Part shown: positions 56,972 through 63,430 of the stretch, piece by piece
Position numbering within the stretch: position 1 is the first letter of the stretch
How the letters are laid out: each line of letters starts with the position of its first letter
Assembly (NCBI GenBank): GCA_031372065.1
Contig: JANMKN010000273.1
Span: 1 to 63,430 of the forward strand
Length of the DNA: 63,430 nucleotides
Reading direction: 5' to 3'
Source of the DNA: Abditibacteriaceae bacterium
GTDB lineage: Bacteria > Armatimonadota > Abditibacteriia > Abditibacteriales > Abditibacteriaceae
The notes under the pieces: generated by a model
What the model was told of the DNA's origin: nothing
What the model saw: the letters and a program-made list of their open reading frames with translations, nothing else
Database searches by the model: none
Position numbers and translations under genes: made by a program

Positions 56972-58408
56972 TCACATCAAAACCGAAACTTGCGTCGGTT
57001 TTAATTCAAACTGCGGCAGCCATTGTTCCTGCACTTCAAAAAGTTCATTTACCATGTCGCGAATTTGCGGCAAGGTTAAAAGTGCGCCGGTTAGCGGGTC
57101 GAGCGCAATGGCTTGATGCACGGCGTCACGTTCGCCACTCATGCCGCCCAAAACGGCTAATTCTTGCACATTGATGTTGGTGCGATTGATAGCGGCGCAT
57201 TGTGGCGGGAGCGGGCCGGGAGCGGTTGGCTGCACGCCGTTGCGGTCAACCAAACAAGCGACTTCAACACAGGCATTTTGCGGCAAATTCGGGATTAAAT
57301 GCGACTGCGTCAGGCTATTTTTGCTGCCCGGCGCACCAAAATTGGGCACGTTGCCATAAATCACGGTTGGCTCGCCCGTCACCATCGCATTGATGATGCG
57401 CGCACCGTATTCTTCCGAAAGTTTCGGCTCGTCCGCGATGAGTTTTTCCAGATATTCATCCGTCTCATCGGCGCCCGCTTTGTGGTGCTGGCAAGAGATT
57501 TCATAGTAATCCCAGCGCTTCCAAATGTAGGCGTCAATCGTTTCGGGATTCTTGCGAAACCACGGCACATATTCGCCACCGTGATGACTGGATTCCGTAT
57601 GAAAATAACCGAAAGTGCGCAGAATTTCGGTGCGCACGCGCTCGTAATAATAATGCTCGTCTTCGATTTGATGATCGAGGCCGCGCTGCTCGAATGCTGT
57701 GGCGCTCGCCTGATGGCCGTTTTGATTTTCAAAAGGCGAAGGATTCTGGCGCAGCATGGTTTCTTGAATCAGCGGATAAACGTCCTGGCCCTTGTGCTTA
57801 AATTCGGTAATCCACGCCTGATGATTAATGCCGTAGCATTTAAAATTGCACTCTTCGTAAGGCAATTCAGCGCGATGGGCCAGCATTTTGGTGGTGCCTT
57901 GCACGCTATGGCAAAGGCCAACCACTTTCAAGCCGCGATTATTGATTGACCAGCAGTTAATCGCCATCGGATTGGCATATTGCAAAATGAGCGCATCGGG
58001 GCATTCGTCTTCGATGGTGTCGCAAATGTCTTTGAAAGCGGCAATCGAACGCAAGCCGCGAAAAACGCCGCCCGGCCCCAAAGTGTCGCCCACGCACTGG
58101 TCAAGACCATATTTGCGCGGGATTTCCACGTCGAATTTGTAAGCATCCACGCTGCCGACTTGAAACGCCACAATGACAAAATCGGCGCCGCGCAAGGCCT
58201 CGGCGCGGTCTGAGGTCGCTTCGATACGCGTCGGCAATTTGTGCGTTTCCACCATGCGGTCAATGCGCTTTTTGGTGGCGTCCAGTCGCCCTTCGTGAAT
58301 GTCGAACAGCATAATCTGGCAATCGCGCAAAGCAGGCATCGCCACAATATCCACACACAATCGCACGGGAAACACATAGCCGCCCGCGCCAATAATCGTT
58401 ACTTTCAT
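56972..58408 (-). CDS. melA: GH4 alpha-galactosidase/alpha-glucosidase
   Basis: IIGAGG, VGDTLGPGG, YANPM, GLCHSVQ, GINHQAW, TESSHH. Confidence 0.88.
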   Translation of the reverse strand: MKVTIIGAGGYVFPVRLCVDIVAMPALRDCQIMLFDIHEGRLDATKKRIDRMVETHKLPTRIEATSDRAEALRGADFVIVAFQVGSVDAYKFDVEIPRKYGLDQCVGDTLGPGGVFRGLRSIAAFKDICDTIEDECPDALILQYANPMAINCWSINNRGLKVVGLCHSVQGTTKMLAHRAELPYEECNFKCYGINHQAWITEFKHKGQDVYPLIQETMLRQNPSPFENQNGHQASATAFEQRGLDHQIEDEHYYYERVRTEILRTFGYFHTESSHHGGEYVPWFRKNPETIDAYIWKRWDYYEISCQHHKAGADETDEYLEKLIADEPKLSEEYGARIINAMVTGEPTVIYGNVPNFGAPGSKNSLTQSHLIPNLPQNACVEVACLVDRNGVQPTAPGPLPPQCAAINRTNINVQELAVLGGMSGERDAVHQAIALDPLTGALLTLPQIRDMVNELFEVQEQWLPQFELKPTQVSVLM

Positions 58409-58537
58409 TGGTTCTCCTGCTTGGATTTTCCCACAGAGTATACGGCCTGCCGTGAGTTTTCATCTTGAATTTCATAAAACGGTTTGCGCCCGTTTCGCTA
58501 AACTAAGCGCACTTTAATCGTCCCAAGGAATGCCTTT

Positions 58538-58822
58538 ATGTGGATTAAGGCCGAAGACGGCAGCTTGCACAACCTCGATCATATTCACACGCTCGAAGTC
58601 AATATCGAACCCGGCGGTTATTACATTGTGAAAGCGCGCTTCGCACAAGCTGGCGGCGCCACTGCCGAACTAACCCGCCACGGCGCCCGCGCGCAAGCCA
58701 AACGCACCTTGGACGCCATCGCCGAGGCCATGCACGATCAAGGACATCGCGAAGGCTTTCTCGACCTCAACAGCTTGCACAATCCCAAAGGCCCGCACGC
58801 CAACGTCATGCCAGATTTGTAG
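58538..58822 (+). CDS. Small hypothetical protein
   Basis: 94-aa ORF with AAGGA RBS and host-like codon usage. Confidence 0.75.
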   Translation: MWIKAEDGSLHNLDHIHTLEVNIEPGGYYIVKARFAQAGGATAELTRHGARAQAKRTLDAIAEAMHDQGHREGFLDLNSLHNPKGPHANVMPDL

Positions 58823-58828
58823 CAGCAT

Positions 58829-58953
58829 CAGTGGGCGGCGAGCCGTGGTCGGTGAACAGAACAAAAACGATAACGCGCTATGAGAAATATTACTTTCTCA
58901 TAGCGCGTTTTGCGTTCGATGCTGACCACCGATCACGGCTCACCGGCCACTGC
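58829..58953. terminator. Bidirectional hairpin nested in inverted heptamer-like arms
   Basis: AACGCGCTATGAGAAA..TTTCTCATAGCGCGTT flanked by GAGCCGTGGTCGGTG/CACCGATCACGGCTC. Confidence 0.7.
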
Positions 58954-60015
58954 CTACTTCGCCATTTCCAATTCTTTCATCTTTGCCAAAGCGTCGGTGC
59001 CGTGGGTGCGCACGCGGGCTTGCACGTCTTTGTCTATGTAGCGTAAGATGCCATCTTTATCAATGAAAAACGTCCAGCGCTGCGAGACTTGCTCAATGTT
59101 TTGCACCGTCCCATAAAGCAAACACACGTTGCGGCCCGTATCGGGAATAAGTGGAAAATCAAGGTTCAACGACTGCGCGAAGGCGATTTGGCCGCGATCA
59201 ACGCCGGTATTTGCATCAATATTGCGCGCCGGGTCAATGGAAACGGCCCAAATTTCGGTATCGGCTTCGGTAAAGGCGGGTCGCTCAACACGGAGCGAGG
59301 TAAGCTGATTCGCTCAACCACCGGTGAAGCACTTTGGGAAAAAGGTCAGCAGCAAATTTTTCTGACCACGCAAATCCGACAGGCGCCGCACCGTGCCGTT
59401 CATGTCAGAAATAGAAAAATCGGGCGCCGGTTTGCCAACTTCCAATTTCGGCGTCGGCTCGGCCATTTTGAACATCATCGGCGCCACATCGGCCACATCT
59501 TGAATAGTTTGCATCGAGCGCAAAAAGCCCGCGCTATCAATGGAAACCAGCGTTAAACCTGTCGGGCTGACGTTGAATAGCTTCGCCATCTCGCCTTTTT
59601 CGTCTTTGAGCGCCAAAAGTCCCAAATTCTCGTTAAAATCGCCGATATTGAGGCCGACAGCCGACGAAATCAAAACCGATTCGACGCCGGTTTTTTGCAA
59701 ATCTTTGGCGGCTTCGACCATCGCCACCAAAGCCACTGCCGGGTCGGGCACTTTGTTGGAAACCAAAACAGGCGCTTCACCGGTGAGAATCAGCAACACC
59801 GATTTTTGCCCGCGCCGTTCGCGCAAACTCCATAATTTACCCTGCGCGCCCGGAAAGGCAAATTGCGGCGCCATATCGCCAACACGCACTGCCGGATAGG
59901 GCGCGATTTTCACGCCGCTTGTCACTGGTTCGGCAGGCGTAGCGGGCGCCGCTTCCTCGGCCCAAACGGGCGCCGTTAAAGCGAAGGCAGCTAAAATAAG
60001 AAGTTTTTGTTGCAT
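58954..60015 (-). CDS. Exported tandem AhpC/TSA (peroxiredoxin-like) selenoprotein; UGA at 59314-59316 = Sec
   Basis: FFPKCFTGG-UGA sits at the peroxidatic Cys position. The frame continues ANQL..AVSID..FPLIPD..RWTFFIDKDGILR into ORF 58954..59169. Confidence 0.88.
59281..59298 (-). promoter_or_regulatory. Bacterial SECIS-like hairpin
   Basis: UCGCUC-CGUGUU-GAGCGA after a 15-nt spacer following the UGA, with G near the 5' side of the loop. Confidence 0.7.
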
Positions 60016-60027
60016 AGTTGAAAATAT

Positions 60028-60140
60028 ATGAGCCGCTAAGGCTTCGCCTACGCAAACTTACGGCTCGCAAAAACCACGCAATTATTAAAGTTGCGTCGTT
60101 TTTGCGCTGTTTTGGCGTAGGCGAAGCCTTAGCGGCTCAT
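60028..60140. repeat. 113-bp nested palindromic element (MITE/REPIN-like)
   Basis: 26-bp perfect terminal IR ATGAGCCGCTAAGGCTTCGCCTACGC and inner IR CGCAAAAACCACGCAA/TTGCGTCGTTTTTGCG. Confidence 0.85.
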
Positions 60141-60151
60141 TCCCGTAAAAA

Positions 60152-61939
60152 TTAACTCACACGGCGCGCTTCTTTGACATTCAATTGCAGTGTGACGCTG
60201 TTGTTCCAATGATTCAATTCCGGCACGAAACATAAATCAAGGCGCGAACCCGCTTGACAGCCTTCGGCTTTTTCGCCGGGACGCCACCACACGGCTTTGA
60301 AACGCTGCCCATCGGCTTCAAGATTCAAACGCAAATGCTCGCGCGCTTGGCCCATCGGCTGCGCATCCACTAAAAACACGTTTTGCAAAAGCAGTTTCGG
60401 TTCGGGATTGCCCGTGCCGCACGGCTCTAATTTTTCCCATTCCTGCGCGAGGCGCGCTGTGACATCGCGGCCTTGCACCGAAACATCGGCTTCGACAGCC
60501 AACGCCAAATCTTCAAAGGAAAGTTTTTCGCCCGCCACTTGCAAAGCGCGTTTGCGAAACGCCTCCAGTCTATCGCTTGGCAGCGACAAACCGCACGCGG
60601 CCTGATGCCCACCGCCCGATAGAAGCAAATGGCGCGTGGCATCTAAAATCTGGTGCAAATCGAAGGTGATCGGCGAGCGCCCGCTGCCGTGCGCGATGCC
60701 GTTTTCCTGCGACATGACAATGGCCGGGCGCGCGTAGATTTCGGCCAAGCGGCTGGCGACCAAACCGACAATGCCGCGCGGCCAATTTTCGCCGCACACG
60801 ATAACCGCCATGTCGCGCTCCCAATCGGCGTCGCGTTCAGCGATGGCAATCGCTTCGTCCACAATGCGGCGCGTTTCTTCCTGACGAAAGCGATTGTGTT
60901 CATCCAGTTCCAGAGCCAGCGCCGCCGCTTGGCCTAAATCGGCGCACATCAATAAATCGAAGGCTTTGCGCGCCGAATCTATGCGCCCGGCGGCGTTAAG
61001 GCGCGGCGCGAGGCCAAAACTGACGCTGCGGCCCGTGACATTGCCCGCTTTCCAGCGTGCCACTTTCATCAGTTCGATCAGGCCCGGCTTTTTGGTGGCG
61101 GGCAAACGCTGCAAACCTTCGCGCGCGATAATGCGGTTTTCATCGGTCAGCGGCACGCAGTCGGCAATGGCGGCAATGGCGGCAAATTCAACGTATTTAT
61201 TCCAAAACGAAGGCTCATGTTGCGGCCAATGTTTGAGCATCAAGGCTTGCACTAATTTGAAAGCCACGCCGCAACCAGACAATTCGCGAAAACCATACTG
61301 CGAATCGGCCCGCTTGGGATTGATTACCGCGATGGCGGGCGGCAATTCGGCGTCCGGCTCGTGATGGTCGGTGATGATCAGATCAATTTTCAATTCGCGG
61401 GCGCGGTGCGCCGCTTCGTGCGCTGTGATGCCGCAATCGGCGGATAAAATCAGCGTCGCGCCGCTTTTTTGCGCTTCTTCCACAGACGCAGCACTGAGGC
61501 CATAACCTTCGTGCCGTTCGGGAATGCGCGGCACAACGCTGGCGCCCAAAGCACGCAAGGAGCGCGTCAAAAGCGCGGTGGAGGTGACGCCATCCACATC
61601 GTAATCGCCGAAAACCCAAATTTGCTCGCGCTTTTCCACGGCGCGATGCAAACGCGCCACAGCTTTTTCAATATCGGGCAAGCCAAACGGGTCGCGCAAG
61701 CCGTCGCGTGACGGATTGAAAAACGCACGCACATCGGACGGCGTGGCATAACCGCGTTCGCGCAAAATCGCCGCTGTAACCGGCGTAATGCCGCAGGCGA
61801 ACGATAAATCGTGATCGGCGCTGATGACTTCGGTGCGCGCCAAAAAACGCGCCGCGCGCGGCATCCGTCCCGATGGGGTGCTACTAAAACTTTGAGATTT
61901 CACGGCAGACAATGGCAGTGGTTCAGCGATGGGCGTCAT
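60152..61939 (-). CDS. recJ: Single-stranded DNA exonuclease RecJ
   Basis: GDYDVDG, DCG, ITDHH, APRLNAAGR, GSGRS, GGHQAACG. Confidence 0.97.
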   Translation of the reverse strand: MTPIAEPLPLSAVKSQSFSSTPSGRMPRAARFLARTEVISADHDLSFACGITPVTAAILRERGYATPSDVRAFFNPSRDGLRDPFGLPDIEKAVARLHRAVEKREQIWVFGDYDVDGVTSTALLTRSLRALGASVVPRIPERHEGYGLSAASVEEAQKSGATLILSADCGITAHEAAHRARELKIDLIITDHHEPDAELPPAIAVINPKRADSQYGFRELSGCGVAFKLVQALMLKHWPQHEPSFWNKYVEFAAIAAIADCVPLTDENRIIAREGLQRLPATKKPGLIELMKVARWKAGNVTGRSVSFGLAPRLNAAGRIDSARKAFDLLMCADLGQAAALALELDEHNRFRQEETRRIVDEAIAIAERDADWERDMAVIVCGENWPRGIVGLVASRLAEIYARPAIVMSQENGIAHGSGRSPITFDLHQILDATRHLLLSGGGHQAACGLSLPSDRLEAFRKRALQVAGEKLSFEDLALAVEADVSVQGRDVTARLAQEWEKLEPCGTGNPEPKLLLQNVFLVDAQPMGQAREHLRLNLEADGQRFKAVWWRPGEKAEGCQAGSRLDLCFVPELNHWNNSVTLQLNVKEARRVS

Positions 61940-62055
61940 GGTGTGGTTTTACGGTTTTGCTTTGTCGAAAAGTGCGATGTTATTTTACCTACAGATTATC
62001 ACAGGCGCGTGTGACATAGCAGTGGACAGAAGGCATTAGTTGATGGTCGGAAACT

Positions 62056-62343
62056 TTACTTCTCACTTTCCTCACGTTTGCGCAGTTTCAAGGCAGCGAA
62101 ACTGCCCGCGATAGCCGCCAAAACGCCAAGTCCGGCTAATCCCGCGCGGCGCATTTTGACGCGGCGGCGTTTGCCGAGCAGTTTTTCGACTTCATGGCGC
62201 GGAATGCGAATCGCGGCATCAACCATGTCATGCGCGATTTCGCCGCCGTGCGCCAATTTTTCAATGGCCGCATCGGTCACGCGCAGCACTGCCGCCAATT
62301 CTTCGACGGTGTAATATTCTTTTAATTCGTCTTTGAGTCCCAT
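62056..62343 (-). CDS. Excisionase-like HTH (HTH_17) protein with C-terminal TM anchor
   Basis: YYTVEELAAVLRV..IRIPRHEV followed by AGLAGLGVLAAIAGSFAAL. GAGG RBS. Confidence 0.75.
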   Translation of the reverse strand: MGLKDELKEYYTVEELAAVLRVTDAAIEKLAHGGEIAHDMVDAAIRIPRHEVEKLLGKRRRVKMRRAGLAGLGVLAAIAGSFAALKLRKREESEK

Positions 62344-62494
62344 AATTTCCTCTTAGGATGAGTTTTAACTCCGTTTGTGGCAAGTGTTGCTCCCGTCGCC
62401 AAGCAGATTAAGGCTAAATTGCAACCTTGCCTTTTAGTGGCGTTATGCTCTGCTGATTCTGCACAAGCCGTTCAATTATTGAACACTCTTGAAA

Positions 62495-63271
62495 ATGACG
62501 AAAGCCAAAACCACAAAAAACTGGGATGAAGAAGCCCAAATCCTGGCAGCCCGCGAGCAATGGCGCGACGCCGCACGCGTCTTAAAACGTGCCGCGCAAG
62601 CCGCGCCGCAAGACGCCGCGCGCTGGAAACAAATCGCCGAGTGGCAGGCGCGCGGCGGCGACATTAAAGCCGCCCTTCGCACCTTGGAAAACGCGCTCGA
62701 AATCAACAGTCATGCGGCGCAGCACACACGCATCGAATTGTGGCTGGCGCTGGCGGAAGCCAATCTCAGCGCCCAAAACTGGCAACTCGGCGCGCAGGCT
62801 TGCGGTGAAGTTTTGCGTTTGGATTCGCGCCATCATGCAGCGCTGGAACTGCTGGCAACAGCTTATTTGCAAAGCAACGAACTCGAAAACGCCGTGGACA
62901 TTATGGAACAATTGCTGATGCTTTCACCGCGCGACCCGTTGCATCGCCTAAAACTCGCCACGCTTTTGCAATTGCAAGGCAAATTGGGCGAAGCCTCGGC
63001 GGAGTTTCAGCGCGTGCTGGATTTATATCCCGATATGCCCTTTGCCGAAGACGCCTCTGAAGCCGTCGAAGCCTTAGATCGCCTGCAAACCCAGCAAATT
63101 CTGATGATGGCCGCCGAGCAAAGCACATTTCGCCTGAATCTCGAACGCCAATTCGATTTAGCGTTGGCCGAAGGCGGCTTTTACCTTTCCGATAATGGCC
63201 GCGAATCGCTGCGCCACATGGTCGCCGATGTCAATTTCGAGGCGCCTTCTTCACCAATACGCTTTCATTAA
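62495..63271 (+). CDS. Tetratricopeptide repeat protein
   Basis: Successive TPR-like helix pairs. Confidence 0.85.
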   Translation: MTKAKTTKNWDEEAQILAAREQWRDAARVLKRAAQAAPQDAARWKQIAEWQARGGDIKAALRTLENALEINSHAAQHTRIELWLALAEANLSAQNWQLGAQACGEVLRLDSRHHAALELLATAYLQSNELENAVDIMEQLLMLSPRDPLHRLKLATLLQLQGKLGEASAEFQRVLDLYPDMPFAEDASEAVEALDRLQTQQILMMAAEQSTFRLNLERQFDLALAEGGFYLSDNGRESLRHMVADVNFEAPSSPIRFH

Positions 63272-63312
63272 GAGAGTGGTCGGTGGGCGGTGGTCAGGGT
63301 TCAGATTTTGTG

Positions 63313-63430
63313 CCACTGACCACTGACCACTGACCACTGACCACTGACCACTGACCACTGACCACTGACCACTGACCACTGACCACTGACCACTGACCAC
63401 TGACCACTGACCACTGACCACTGACCACTG
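63313..63430. repeat. (CCACTGA)n heptamer microsatellite, at least 16 copies, runs off window end
   Basis: Direct reading. Preceded by inverted-type units (GTGGTCG GTGGGCG GTGGTCA) at 63276-63296. Confidence 0.97.

Noticed and set aside
58954..59316. Nonsense pseudogene or two separate genes at the peroxiredoxin locus
   Set aside because: The UGA sits exactly at the catalytic Cys position, is followed by a SECIS-like hairpin, and the downstream frame is intact.

Overview
GC-rich bacterial chromosomal segment. The gene repertoire suggests Armatimonadota/Abditibacteriaceae, but that is inference only. It starts inside an attC site and ends in a (CCACTGA)n microsatellite, so it is probably a whole contig. 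Positions 1-3902 hold a complete integron: intI, attI, six attC sites and six cassettes. Two cassettes carry phage-like genes, one a secreted protein, one an ORF that reads through its attC, and two are paralogous ORF-less cassettes. Between attI and the intI promoter lie five 20-bp palindromes phased at 41 bp. The middle is mostly housekeeping and carbohydrate genes (pgi, tRNA-Ala, gmk, coaBC, mutS, rhaM, recJ, clan-A/GH9/GH51/GH4 hydrolases). Other highlights: a ~2266-aa SecA with large insertions, including a degenerate nested copy of its own NBD2 segment; a signal-peptide uORF directly upstream in the SecM position, ending GIRTNRFRN with no known arrest motif; an exported tandem peroxiredoxin-like selenoprotein (in-frame UGA plus SECIS-like hairpin); a bacterial ZCCHC4/EEF1AKMT1-like methyltransferase; and a small defence island (OLD-type TOPRIM protein plus a BglII/BstYI-like type II RM system). 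Intergenic regions carry 7-, 20-, 21- and 42-bp repeat arrays and a ~115-bp palindromic element family.
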